In this document: one piece after another, positions 38,713-48,620 of the stretch | Layout: every line of letters starts with the position of its first letter | How positions within the stretch are numbered: position 1 is the first letter of the stretch | DNA from: an uncultured Nitrospirales bacterium | GTDB lineage: Bacteria > UBA10199 > JADGCS01 | Length of the DNA stretch: 64,000 bases | Reading direction: 5' to 3' | Assembly: GCA_964609965.1 (NCBI GenBank) | Contig: CAZSTS010000003.1 | Coordinates: 67,260 to 131,259, forward strand | Program-made: the position numbers and the translations under genes | Notes under the pieces: generated by a model | Database searches by the model: none | Seen by the model: the letters and a program-made list of their open reading frames with translations, nothing else | What the model was told of the DNA's origin: nothing

Positions 38713-39837
38713 ATGACCAAAATTGTTCATCTCACATCAGTTCATCAGAGCTATGATGTCCGGGTGTTTCATAAGGAATGCGCCTCACTGTCAGCTGCAG
38801 GGTATAATGTAACTCTTGTGGCGCAGCACACTTCTGATGAAGTTGTTGATGGCATAAAAATAAGGTCTCTCTGTAAGCCCAAGAGCCGATTCGATCGAAT
38901 GATAAGAAGTCCTTTGAAGCTTTATGAAATAGCTATGGAGGAAAAGGGCTCTGTTTATCACTTTCATGATCCAGAGCTTATCCCGCTTGGGGTTTTTTTG
39001 AAGCTTCGAGGAAAAAAAGTTATCTATGATCTTCACGAAGACAGTCCAAGACAAGCGCTTCATAAACACTGGCTCAAGCCTTGGCTGCGCTACTTGGTAT
39101 CCTGGTTTCTTTCTGTTATAGAAAAAATAGGGTGTCTTTTTTTTGATGGGCTTATTGCAGCGACACCTCATATTGCAAAAAGGTTTTCGCAGAAAAAAAC
39201 GATTGTCGTTCAAAATTTTCCTCGAACAAAGGGTTTGAAACTTGAGTCAGAAACGCCATATCATGAAAGAGAGAATGTTGTAGTTTATATTGGCGGTTTG
39301 TCTCAGGAGAGAGGGATTCTAGAGCTCGTACACATGCTAGAAAAACTTCCAATAAGTTTGAAAGCGCGTCTTGAGCTTGCTGGAAACTTTTCGCCTGAAT
39401 CTTTTCAGAAAGATCTTTCTGAAAGGGATGGCTGGAAAAAAGTGTGTTATTTAGGATGGCAAAATCCATCTAAGATTAAATCTCTTTTGTCACGGGCACG
39501 CGTAGGGGCTGTTGTTTTGTATCCTACACCGGCTTATCAGGAAAGCTATCCTATTAAAATGTTTGAGTACATGGCAGCGGGATTGCCAGTGGTTGCTTCG
39601 GATTTTTCTTTATGGCAAGAGATTGTTTCGCAGGCAAATTGTGGCTTGTTAGTTGATCCAAAAGACCCAAAGAGTATTGCTAAGGCTGTTCAGTGGCTAT
39701 TAGACAATTCTAATGAAGCGCAAAAAATGGGAGAAGCTGGCATGAATGCGGTCAAGGAAAAATACAATTGGGAATTGGAAGAAAAAAAATTATTGGGCTT
39801 ATATAATAATCTTACAGGAAAAGTAGTTTCTACATGA
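38713..39837 (+). CDS. GT4 family glycosyltransferase
   Basis: EX7E region FEYMAAGLPVVASDFSLWQEIV. Confidence 0.75.
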   Translation: MTKIVHLTSVHQSYDVRVFHKECASLSAAGYNVTLVAQHTSDEVVDGIKIRSLCKPKSRFDRMIRSPLKLYEIAMEEKGSVYHFHDPELIPLGVFLKLRGKKVIYDLHEDSPRQALHKHWLKPWLRYLVSWFLSVIEKIGCLFFDGLIAATPHIAKRFSQKKTIVVQNFPRTKGLKLESETPYHERENVVVYIGGLSQERGILELVHMLEKLPISLKARLELAGNFSPESFQKDLSERDGWKKVCYLGWQNPSKIKSLLSRARVGAVVLYPTPAYQESYPIKMFEYMAAGLPVVASDFSLWQEIVSQANCGLLVDPKDPKSIAKAVQWLLDNSNEAQKMGEAGMNAVKEKYNWELEEKKLLGLYNNLTGKVVST

Positions 39838-40901
39838 TGACAGAAAAAACGGATTTTCATAAAGACCCTTTTGTCACTATTATTGTTCCTTGTTGTAATG
39901 AAGCGAAGTTCATTGAGTCATGTCTCGACTCCATTCTTGATCAAACTTATCCAAAAGATCGGTACGAAATACTTGTTGTGGATGGCATGAGTGAGGATGG
40001 CACACGTGAACTAGTCAAGAAATATTCAGAACGTTTTTCTTTGATTAAGCTTTTAGACAACGTGAACAAACGCACTCCATTTGCTTTCAACCTTGGAATA
40101 AAAAATGCACAAGGTGATGTGATTTTGATTATGGGAGCACATACCAGGTATTCTTCTAATTATATTTCTGTCATTGCTCATCACATCAAAGAAGGAAGGG
40201 CTGATTGCGTTGGTAGTGTTGCGGAAACAAGACCTGCTACAAAAGGTTTTTTTGCCCCATTTATTGTAACAAGTATTTCTTCTGCCTTTGGTGTAGGAAA
40301 TTCTTACATGAGAACAGGGATTAAAAAGCCGCGCTATGTTGATACGGCGAGTTGTCCAGGGTATGGACGTCATGTTTTTGAAAAAATAGGGTTTTTTAAT
40401 GAAAAGCTTCTTTATAGTCAGGATATTGAATTCAGTATGCGACTTAAAAAAGCGGGGCTGCGTTTTTTATGTGATCCCAGCATCACATCTTATTACTATG
40501 CTCGTTCAAATATAAAATCTTTTCTAAAACACAATTATCGCAATGGATTATGGACGATTCTTCCCTTTGCCTATAGTGATTTTGTTCCGATAACCTTAAG
40601 GCATGTTGTTCCTTTGGCCTTTGTTTTGAGTTTGCTCATATCTTTTGCAGGGGGGCTGTTTAGTAGTTATTCTTTTTATTTAGGGTTGCTGATCGCTATG
40701 CTTTATGCAAGTTGTACTTTGTTCTTTTCGGCCAAGGTTGCTATACAAAAAAAGAAATGGTGTTATGTATTCATTATGCCTGTTGTGTATGCACTGTTGC
40801 ATGTGAGTTATGGTCTTGGATCGTGTTTTGCTATTCCTCGATTATTAAAGAATAAAGTGTTTTGGAAAAAAATATTTAGAAGAAAGCAAAAGAAAAAATA
40901 G
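39834..40901 (+). CDS. GT2 family glycosyltransferase with C-terminal TM segments
   Basis: VTIIVPCCNEAKFIESCLDSILDQTY, DGMSEDGT (DxD-like). Confidence 0.8.
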   Translation: MMTEKTDFHKDPFVTIIVPCCNEAKFIESCLDSILDQTYPKDRYEILVVDGMSEDGTRELVKKYSERFSLIKLLDNVNKRTPFAFNLGIKNAQGDVILIMGAHTRYSSNYISVIAHHIKEGRADCVGSVAETRPATKGFFAPFIVTSISSAFGVGNSYMRTGIKKPRYVDTASCPGYGRHVFEKIGFFNEKLLYSQDIEFSMRLKKAGLRFLCDPSITSYYYARSNIKSFLKHNYRNGLWTILPFAYSDFVPITLRHVVPLAFVLSLLISFAGGLFSSYSFYLGLLIAMLYASCTLFFSAKVAIQKKKWCYVFIMPVVYALLHVSYGLGSCFAIPRLLKNKVFWKKIFRRKQKKK

Positions 40902-40916
40902 ATTGCTGGGTTTTTT

Positions 40917-41696
40917 ATGAACAAAACAGACTATGTAGAGGTAACAGAAATCGCAGGAGAAGAAGTTTCGCAAGAACAGGTAGAGCGCATTTGTCATCGC
41001 TATTTATGGGCTCAAGGCTATAGTGAAGACAAAGATGTGATTGAAGTGGCCTGTGGATCTGGGCAGGGCTTGGGTTGTTTGTCTCGTGTTGCTAACAATG
41101 TGGTTGCTGGTGATTATTCTGATGATGTTCTCAGCACAGCACGTTCACATTATCAAGATCGTATTAAACTGATACGATTTGATGCACAAGAAATGCCTTT
41201 TGAGGATGCTTCCTTTGATGTGATCATTAATTTTGAAGCCATATATTATCTGTCAGATGCAGAAAGGTTTATTAAAGAATGCACTCGGGTTCTCAGGCCT
41301 GGGGGAAAGGTGTTGATCGCTACTGCCAATAAAGATCTCTTTGATTTTAATCCCAGCCCCCATAGTTATACTTATTATGGTGTAAAAGAGCTCGATTCTT
41401 TATTGAGGCAATATGGATTTGTGAATTCCTTTTTTGGTGTTGTTGACACTTCGAGAGTTTCATTAAAGCAAAAAGTTTTTCGGCCAATAAAGAAAGTTGT
41501 TGTGGCCTCGGGCCTCATGCCAAAAACAATGAAGGGAAAGAAGCTTCTTAAAAGATTTGTGTTTGGCAAACTCATCAAGATGCCTGCAGAAATTGATGAA
41601 AAAATGATTTCATATCAGCCGCCAACTGAAATCAGTTCTGAAACACCTGATACAAAGCATAAAGTGATCTACTGTGCAGCGGCACTCAAAAAATAG
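40917..41696 (+). CDS. class I SAM-dependent methyltransferase
   Basis: VIEVACGSGQG motif I. Methyltransf_11-like. Confidence 0.7.
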   Translation: MNKTDYVEVTEIAGEEVSQEQVERICHRYLWAQGYSEDKDVIEVACGSGQGLGCLSRVANNVVAGDYSDDVLSTARSHYQDRIKLIRFDAQEMPFEDASFDVIINFEAIYYLSDAERFIKECTRVLRPGGKVLIATANKDLFDFNPSPHSYTYYGVKELDSLLRQYGFVNSFFGVVDTSRVSLKQKVFRPIKKVVVASGLMPKTMKGKKLLKRFVFGKLIKMPAEIDEKMISYQPPTEISSETPDTKHKVIYCAAALKK

Positions 41697-41728
41697 AGCA
41701 CATAAGAATATTTTTGTTTGGAGAAATT

Positions 41729-42364
41729 ATGATAAAAAGAGTTTTTGATCTCATGTTGTCATTATTTGGTTTGATTGTCATGAGTCCTTGTCTTCTCTTT
41801 TTTGCGGTTGCCATTAAAGTGGACAGCCCAGGTCCTATCTTTTATCGTGGGCTTCGTGTGGGCAGAGGCGGAAAAACATTTCGTATTTTTAAGTTTCGAA
41901 GCATGGTGGTTGATGCAGAAAAATCAGGGGTGACGTCAACGAGTGGACAAGACGATCGCGTGACAAGAATGGGAAAGCTCATCCGTAAGTTCAAAATGGA
42001 TGAATTTGCGCAGCTGATTAATGTCTTTCTTGGTGATATGAGTCTTGTGGGACCTCGTCCTGAGGTACAAAAATTTGTTGATCAATACACCGAAGAAGAA
42101 AGGCAAATCTTAAGCATGAGACCTGGTATTACTGATTGGGCTTCTATCAAGTTTCATAATGAAGGAGATATTATTGAAGCCTCTGGTATTTCAGATGCAG
42201 ATGAGGCCTATGCCAAACTTATCAGACCAGAGAAATTACGCTTACAATTAAAGTATATAAGAGAGCGTAGCCTCTGGATAGATATTAAAATCATTCTTGC
42301 AACCCTATCGACAATTATTGTAACAAGGGTGGACGCTAAATCCGTGAGCGTCCCGGAGACCTAA
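41729..42364 (+). CDS. undecaprenyl-phosphate sugar phosphotransferase (bacterial sugar transferase, PglC/WbaP C-terminal-like; initiating enzyme)
   Basis: KRVFDLMLSLFGLIVMSP, PGPIFYRGLRVGRGGKTFRIFKFRSM, DMSLVGPRP motifs. GGAG RBS. Confidence 0.85.
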   Translation: MIKRVFDLMLSLFGLIVMSPCLLFFAVAIKVDSPGPIFYRGLRVGRGGKTFRIFKFRSMVVDAEKSGVTSTSGQDDRVTRMGKLIRKFKMDEFAQLINVFLGDMSLVGPRPEVQKFVDQYTEEERQILSMRPGITDWASIKFHNEGDIIEASGISDADEAYAKLIRPEKLRLQLKYIRERSLWIDIKIILATLSTIIVTRVDAKSVSVPET

Positions 42365-42386
42365 GAAAGAGGGAGATTTAAAGACT

Positions 42387-43493
42387 ATGAAAGTACCATT
42401 TTTTAATTATCCACATTTATTTGAGAGTGAAAAAGAAGGCCTTATTGACGTGATAAAAGATGTTGGGGGGCGTGGCGCTTTTATCATGCAAAAAGATATG
42501 GAGATTTTTGAGAAGGAGCTGACTGAATACACAGGAGCTAAGTATGCTGTGGGAGTGGCTAATGCCACAGATGGAATGCAAATGGCTCTAATGGCTGGTG
42601 GTATTGGAGACGGTGATGAAGTGATTATTAGCTCACACACCATGGTGGCTACAGCTAGTGCTGTGCATTTTTCTGGGGCAACGCCTGTACCTGTTGAGGC
42701 AGGGCCTGATCACATGATGGATCCAGCGTCTATTGAAAAAGCTATCACATCCAAAACAAAGGTGATTTTGCCTACGCAGCTTAATGGACGTACCTGTAAT
42801 ATGGATGCTATTTCTAAGATTGCTGATAAAAATGGTTTGCAAATATTCGAAGATGCAGCTCAAGCCCTTGGGTCAAAATATAAAGGAAAATGCGCAGGAA
42901 CATTTGGTCGTGGTGCTTGTATTAGTTTTTATCCCGCAAAAGTTTTAGGTTGTTTAGGGGATGCAGGGGCTGTGCTCACAAATGATGAAAAGGTTTACTA
43001 TAATCTCATCAGGCTCAGAGATCATGGTCGCGGTGCTGATGGCGAAATTACAATGTGGGGCTTCAATAGTCGGCTTGATAATTTGCAGGCTGCCATTCTT
43101 TCATACAATTTCAAAAAATACCCGCAAATAGTAGAACGAAGACGTGAAATTGCTGGCATGTATCAAGAGCAGCTTGGTAGCCTTAAAGAACTTGTTCTTC
43201 CTCCTGCGCCGCTAGATAATTCTGATCACTTTGATGTGTATCAAAACTATGAAATAGAAACCCCGCGTCGCGATGAATTACAGGCTTATTTAGCTGAACG
43301 TGGTATTGGAACATTGGTTCAATGGGGAGGCACTGCGATTCATCAGTTTAAGAGTTTGGGATTTCAGCAACATCTTCCTCAAACAGATAGATTATTTGAG
43401 CGCATGCTCATGATTCCTATGAATATGTCATTAACAAATGAGCAAGTTATCACCGTTTGTGATACTATAAAGAGTTTCTACCGTGACAAATAA
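42387..43493 (+). CDS. DegT/DnrJ/EryC1 PLP-dependent sugar aminotransferase (PglE-like)
   Basis: DegT fold (SFYPAKVLGCLGDAGAVLTND). Confidence 0.75.
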   Translation: MKVPFFNYPHLFESEKEGLIDVIKDVGGRGAFIMQKDMEIFEKELTEYTGAKYAVGVANATDGMQMALMAGGIGDGDEVIISSHTMVATASAVHFSGATPVPVEAGPDHMMDPASIEKAITSKTKVILPTQLNGRTCNMDAISKIADKNGLQIFEDAAQALGSKYKGKCAGTFGRGACISFYPAKVLGCLGDAGAVLTNDEKVYYNLIRLRDHGRGADGEITMWGFNSRLDNLQAAILSYNFKKYPQIVERRREIAGMYQEQLGSLKELVLPPAPLDNSDHFDVYQNYEIETPRRDELQAYLAERGIGTLVQWGGTAIHQFKSLGFQQHLPQTDRLFERMLMIPMNMSLTNEQVITVCDTIKSFYRDK

Positions 43494-44472
43494 AAACAAA
43501 CAAATCATCGACCTCTATCGCATGATGCTTCGGATCCGGATGTGTGAAGAGAGCCTTGTTGCCCCTATAGAGAAGCGAGAAATTCTCTGTCCAGCTCATC
43601 TTTATACAGGAGAAGAGGCTGTTGCTACTGGCGTGTGTGCACACCTAAATCACTCAGACACGATTTTTAGTAATCACCGTTCGCACGGACATTATTTAGC
43701 CAAAGGTGGTGATTTTAAGAAAATTATCGCTGAGATTTATTGTAAAGAAAATGGGTGTTCGCGAGGTCGTGGTGGTTCCATGCATGTCTATGATACGTCT
43801 GTTGGCATGATGGGATCAGCTCCTATTGTCGCGGGAACGATTTCTTTGGCTCTTGGTTCAGCACTGGCTTCTCGTATTAGAAAAGACAACTGCGTTTCTG
43901 TCACTTTTTTAGGTGATGGAGCCACAGGAGAGGGTGTTTTATATGAATCTCTTAATTTTGCAGCCTTAAAAAATCTTCCTGTGATTTTTGTTTGCGAAAA
44001 CAATTATTATTCTACACATCTTCATATTTCAGAAATTCGAGTGAGTGATCAGATTTATAAGGTGGCAGAACCTTTTGGTGTGAAGACACATCGAGTTGAT
44101 GGCAATGATGTTCTTGCTGTCAGCAAGATTGCAGAGGAAGCTGTCTCTCTTTGTCGCGAAGGAAAAGGCCCTGTTTTTATCGAAGCACTCACTTATAGAA
44201 TGCGAGGGCATGTGGGTCCTGATGACAACATTCAGGGAACGCACACAGATATTCGACCAAAAGAAGAAATAGAACAGTGGAGAGAAAAAGACCCCATTTC
44301 TCGTTTAGAAAAACATATTTTTGCTCATGATATTTGTTCGCAATCCTACTTAGATGACATCAAGGAATGCTTGCAAAAAGAAATAGATGAGGCTCACGAA
44401 GAAGCGCGATCAAGTGTGTTTCCAGATGAAAAAGAGATAAACCAATATGTGTTCAGAAAAGAAGAATCGTAA
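43483..44472 (+). CDS. TPP-dependent dehydrogenase E1 component alpha subunit (pyruvate/acetoin dehydrogenase E1-alpha family)
   Basis: LYRMMLRIRMCEE, GDGATGEG TPP motif, NNYYSTHL. GTG start assumed. Confidence 0.75.
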   Translation: MTNKNKQIIDLYRMMLRIRMCEESLVAPIEKREILCPAHLYTGEEAVATGVCAHLNHSDTIFSNHRSHGHYLAKGGDFKKIIAEIYCKENGCSRGRGGSMHVYDTSVGMMGSAPIVAGTISLALGSALASRIRKDNCVSVTFLGDGATGEGVLYESLNFAALKNLPVIFVCENNYYSTHLHISEIRVSDQIYKVAEPFGVKTHRVDGNDVLAVSKIAEEAVSLCREGKGPVFIEALTYRMRGHVGPDDNIQGTHTDIRPKEEIEQWREKDPISRLEKHIFAHDICSQSYLDDIKECLQKEIDEAHEEARSSVFPDEKEINQYVFRKEES

Positions 44473-45439
44473 ATTGACCTATGGGTTGGCTATTAATGAA
44501 GCCTTTCATCAAATGATGGAAAAGGACCCTTCAGTTGTTTTGATTGGCCAGGGCGTCAAGAGTCCTTGGTATGTCGGAGACACAGCTTTAGGGCTTATTG
44601 ATAGGTTTACTGAAGAGCGTGTGATTGATACACCTGTCTCAGAAAATGCCATGACTGGTGCCGCTGTTGGCGCTGCCATAGTTGGCATGCGGCCTATTGT
44701 GGTTCACCCTCGTTGTGATTTTATGATGTACGCTTTGGACCCTATCATTAATGAGGCAGCTAATTGGTATTACATGAGTGGTGGTTGCAGTTCAGTGCCC
44801 GCTGTTTTTTGGGGAGTTATTAATAGAGGAGGTGAGCAAGCAGCACAACATTCACAAGCGATTCATGCTTTTTTTGCGCATACACCAGGCTTAAAAGTGG
44901 TTATGCCTGCAACACCCTATGATGCTAAAGGGCTCATGATTTCTGCTATTCTAGATGATAATCCAGTGGTTTTTATAGATGATCGTTGGTTGTATCGTCT
45001 AGAAGACGAGGTTCCTAAGGATTTTTATTCTATTCCTATTGGTCAAGGCATTGTTCATCGAACGGGAAAAGATGTTTCTATTATTGCCGTATCCTACATG
45101 GTTCAAGAGGCACTTAAAGCTGCTGATGAACTGGAAAAAGAGGGCGTGTCTGTTGAAGTCCTTGATCCTAGAACCATTAAACCTTTGGATGAGGGCCTTA
45201 TTCTTGATTCTGTCAAAAAAACAGGTCGTGTTATTGTTGCAGATGTTGGTTGGCAAAGCTTTGGTGTTGCCGCCGAAATCAGCTCTCTTATTTCTGAAAA
45301 GGCTTTTTCTCATCTCAAGGGTCCTGTCAAAAGAGTGGCTCTTCCAGATATCCCTGCGCCGGCAAGTCGTACGTTAGAAAAAGCTTATTATCCAAGAGCC
45401 CCCCACCTCATTTCAGCAGTCAAAGAAATCATTTCATAG
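44447..45439 (+). CDS. TPP-dependent dehydrogenase E1 component beta subunit (transketolase-like)
   Basis: LTYGLAINEAFHQMMEKDP N-terminus, pyrimidine-binding and C-terminal transketolase domains. Start overlaps the alpha stop. Confidence 0.75.
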   Translation: MCSEKKNRKLTYGLAINEAFHQMMEKDPSVVLIGQGVKSPWYVGDTALGLIDRFTEERVIDTPVSENAMTGAAVGAAIVGMRPIVVHPRCDFMMYALDPIINEAANWYYMSGGCSSVPAVFWGVINRGGEQAAQHSQAIHAFFAHTPGLKVVMPATPYDAKGLMISAILDDNPVVFIDDRWLYRLEDEVPKDFYSIPIGQGIVHRTGKDVSIIAVSYMVQEALKAADELEKEGVSVEVLDPRTIKPLDEGLILDSVKKTGRVIVADVGWQSFGVAAEISSLISEKAFSHLKGPVKRVALPDIPAPASRTLEKAYYPRAPHLISAVKEIIS

Positions 45440-45559
45440 AAGAGTTTTCATACAATTTCTGAAAAATAACCCCTATTTTCATTTAAGTAGTCACAAGTTG
45501 CAAAAAACAGCCTATTGCCCATAGAAAGAGCATAATAACAATATCTTGACTTAAACTTT

Positions 45560-45573
45560 TACTAAATTTAGTA
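45560..45573 (+). promoter_or_regulatory. perfect 14-nt palindrome TACTAAATTTAGTA next to a TTGACT -35-like hexamer, upstream of wzz
   Basis: Read directly from the sequence. Confidence 0.3.
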
Positions 45574-45604
45574 GCATTCCACGCCAAAAGCAGCGGAGAA
45601 AATA

Positions 45605-46720
45605 ATGAATAATAAAAACCAATTACAGACAAATAGCGTCGTCAATTTTTTAGAATACTGGGGTATTATTAGAAAAAATATCGTCATGATTGTTTCCATA
45701 GTTGTTGTGATATCTCTATTAGCCGTCATTATCAGTCTCAACTTAACAAAGACCTATAAATCTGAATCAACTATTGTCCCCACAGGATCTGGAGGCATGG
45801 GCGGCCGCTTATCTTCTTTGGCAGGTGGCTTGGGTAGCCTGCTTTCTTTGCCGGGGCTTGGTTCATCTACAAATGCTAAATTATTGGTTTCCATTCTAAA
45901 AAGTCGCACGATTGCCTCAAATGTGATCGAAAAAGTTGATTTGATGCCCTTGTTTTATGAAGAAATACCAAAAGATTTTCCTGAAGAAAAAAAGTCTACA
46001 GATCAAAGATATTTACTAAGATTTGAACAAGCCATCACTCTCATGAAAAAGACAGTGGCCATAGATTATAATTTAAAAAATGATACCATAGCTGTGACAG
46101 CAATTATGGAAGATCCTGAAGTGGCAGCGAAGGTTGTTAATATGTACATTAGTGAATTACAGCTGTTTTTGGAAACGCAAGCTGTGTCATCAGCAAAGCG
46201 GCATAGGATTTTTCTGGAAAACCAAGTTTTCAATGTGAAAAGAGAGATTTTAGAGACAGGCAATATGGTAGATCAGTTTTATAAAAATAATCAGGTCTCA
46301 GTTCCTTATCTTAGCATCGATGTGGGATTGATTTCAAAAGGCCAGCAGGGGGATTACAAAAAAAGTGTAGATGATCTCATGTCAGAAAAAGAATTAAGTG
46401 CAAAAAAACTCAGAGATGCAAAGCGTGTAAAAGATGTTTCACCAAGAATCTATTTTGAGTATTTGGTGTTACACTATAGATTGTTAATGGAATTGCAAGC
46501 TATGCTCACAACTCAGTATGAAATGGCAAAGATTCAGGAATCTAAGGAAGAGATTTCATTTAATATCCTTGATTCTGGGGTCCCTTCGATTCAGAGACAT
46601 TCACCCAGACGAGGATTTATCTGTGTCATTTCGTTTTTTCTTGCCTGTGCCCTTGCTGTTTTCATAGCCTTTTTTAGGGAATATATTCATCGTATGAAGT
46701 CTTTGGAAGCAGATAAATAA
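45605..46720 (+). CDS. wzz: polysaccharide chain-length determinant / co-polymerase (Wzz, PCP family)
   Basis: N-terminal and C-terminal TM segments, Wzz domain (IDLMPLFYE..., RRGFICVISFFLACALAVFIAF), coiled-coil middle. Confidence 0.7.
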   Translation: MNNKNQLQTNSVVNFLEYWGIIRKNIVMIVSIVVVISLLAVIISLNLTKTYKSESTIVPTGSGGMGGRLSSLAGGLGSLLSLPGLGSSTNAKLLVSILKSRTIASNVIEKVDLMPLFYEEIPKDFPEEKKSTDQRYLLRFEQAITLMKKTVAIDYNLKNDTIAVTAIMEDPEVAAKVVNMYISELQLFLETQAVSSAKRHRIFLENQVFNVKREILETGNMVDQFYKNNQVSVPYLSIDVGLISKGQQGDYKKSVDDLMSEKELSAKKLRDAKRVKDVSPRIYFEYLVLHYRLLMELQAMLTTQYEMAKIQESKEEISFNILDSGVPSIQRHSPRRGFICVISFFLACALAVFIAFFREYIHRMKSLEADK

Positions 46721-46729
46721 GGTTTTTTT

Positions 46730-48613
46730 ATGAAAAAACGCTTTTTACAATTTATAGGATTTACTGATAATATTGTTCGGCACAAGAGCGTTCGCACTCT
46801 TCTCATCTTTGCAGCTTTTTCCTGTTTGATCATAGCGAATCTTTTTGTTTCGGATTTTCTAATTGATCCCAAAAAATTTGTATTTTCCAAACAGCTTGGT
46901 CTTATCGTGATATTATCACAGCTTATGTTTGCGTATGTCTTTAGACTCAATCGTGGCATGTGGAAGTATTCGAGTATTTCTGATTTAGGATTGATCTTTA
47001 AAACAGCTGCTGTGAGTTTTGCTTTTAATCTCGTTCTCGATGTTTTGGTTGTTGGTAATGGTCAAATTGTGAGAGCCTTATTTGTTAACCACATGTTTTT
47101 TATTCTAAACTTTGGTGGGCTGAGGCTGTTAATCAGATTGTACCGAAATGTTGGGCCTGTACAGGTTGACCTCAAAAGGGTGCTCATTGTTGGGGCAGGT
47201 GATGGAGGAGATATTGCTTGTCGTCGACTAAGAAAAGAGCGGAACCAATATAAGGTTGTGGGATTTTTGGATGATGATCCTTTAAAAAAGAATCATGATA
47301 TTCATGGGATTAAAGTTATTGGTACAACGAGTAATATTTTGAATGTGATCAATACTCATGAAGTAAGCGAGGTTGTCATTGCGATTCCTTCGGCTGGACC
47401 AGCTCTTATTAGAAATTTGGCTGAAAAGTGTTTTGGGGCAAAGGCTCAAGTAAAAATCATGCCAAGGCTTTCTGAAATTTCGGAAGATGATGCCACTTTT
47501 GAAATAAGAAACCTTAAATTAGAAGACTTGTTAGCCAGAGAGCCAATCATAGAAGATTTATCTCCAGTGCGTAACACCTATCATAAGAAGCGGGTCATGA
47601 TCACAGGTGCTGCTGGTTCAATTGGCGAAGAACTTGTTAGGCAGGTAGCTCAAATGAGGCCAGAGGTTGTTTGCCTAGTTGATCAGGCAGAATCACCACT
47701 TTATTTCCTGTTTCGTGAATGTGAGGCAAAGTTTCCGGATGTTCTCTTTGTTCCTACGCTTTGTGATATCACAGACCCATTGGCCATAAACCGTGTTTTT
47801 GAAGAATCTCATCCACAGATTGTTTTGCATGCGGCAGCCTATAAACATGTACCTCTTTTAGAAGACAACCTCTATCAAGCTGTGAGTGTGAATGTTGAAG
47901 GCACGATGCGCCTCGCAGAACTATCAAAAAAACATAAGGTGGAACGTTTTGTATTTATTTCTACGGATAAAGCGGTTAATCCAACTAACATTTTAGGTGT
48001 GACAAAGAGGATGGCAGAATTATTGTGCAAGGTTTTTCAAGAAGAATTTTCTCAAACAAAGTTTATTGCTGTTCGTTTTGGCAATGTGATTGGTAGTCAG
48101 GGTAGCGTTATACCTCTTTTTTCAAAACAGATTGAACAAGGTGGTCCTGTTACGGTGACACATCCTGAGATTAAACGCTATTTTATGATGATCCCAGAGG
48201 CTGTTCAGCTTGTTTTGTTTGCTTCTGTTCTCGGGGCAGGAGGTGAAATTTTCGTCCTTGATATGGGAAAACAAATTAAGATTCTTGATTTAGCCACAAA
48301 TATGATACGTATATGTGGTCTTGAGCCAGATAAAGACATCAGGATTGAGTTTTGTAAACTCAGACCGGGCGAAAAGCTTTATGAAGAGCTCTATGATGAA
48401 ACAGAGAAGGTTTGCTCTACAAAACATCCAAAAATTAATATGGCGATTGGCCACGCAACAAGTAGTCAAGATTCTTTGCCCAAAATCGAGGAATTTATTT
48501 CTTTAGTAAAAAAAGGATACAATAAGGAACAATTGCATGATTTATTAATTGAATTAGTTCCTACATATCAATCCGATAATTCTCAGAAAGAAAAATTTGC
48601 AGTTAATGCGTAA
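46730..48613 (+). CDS. polysaccharide biosynthesis protein CapD/WbpM/PglF-like (membrane-anchored UDP-GlcNAc 4,6-dehydratase)
   Basis: 627 aa. N-terminal TM segments, two Rossmann domains (VLIVGAGDGG; VMITGAAGSIGEEL), YKHV (YxxxK). Confidence 0.8.
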   Translation: MKKRFLQFIGFTDNIVRHKSVRTLLIFAAFSCLIIANLFVSDFLIDPKKFVFSKQLGLIVILSQLMFAYVFRLNRGMWKYSSISDLGLIFKTAAVSFAFNLVLDVLVVGNGQIVRALFVNHMFFILNFGGLRLLIRLYRNVGPVQVDLKRVLIVGAGDGGDIACRRLRKERNQYKVVGFLDDDPLKKNHDIHGIKVIGTTSNILNVINTHEVSEVVIAIPSAGPALIRNLAEKCFGAKAQVKIMPRLSEISEDDATFEIRNLKLEDLLAREPIIEDLSPVRNTYHKKRVMITGAAGSIGEELVRQVAQMRPEVVCLVDQAESPLYFLFRECEAKFPDVLFVPTLCDITDPLAINRVFEESHPQIVLHAAAYKHVPLLEDNLYQAVSVNVEGTMRLAELSKKHKVERFVFISTDKAVNPTNILGVTKRMAELLCKVFQEEFSQTKFIAVRFGNVIGSQGSVIPLFSKQIEQGGPVTVTHPEIKRYFMMIPEAVQLVLFASVLGAGGEIFVLDMGKQIKILDLATNMIRICGLEPDKDIRIEFCKLRPGEKLYEELYDETEKVCSTKHPKINMAIGHATSSQDSLPKIEEFISLVKKGYNKEQLHDLLIELVPTYQSDNSQKEKFAVNA

Positions 48614-48620
48614 TTTTAGA

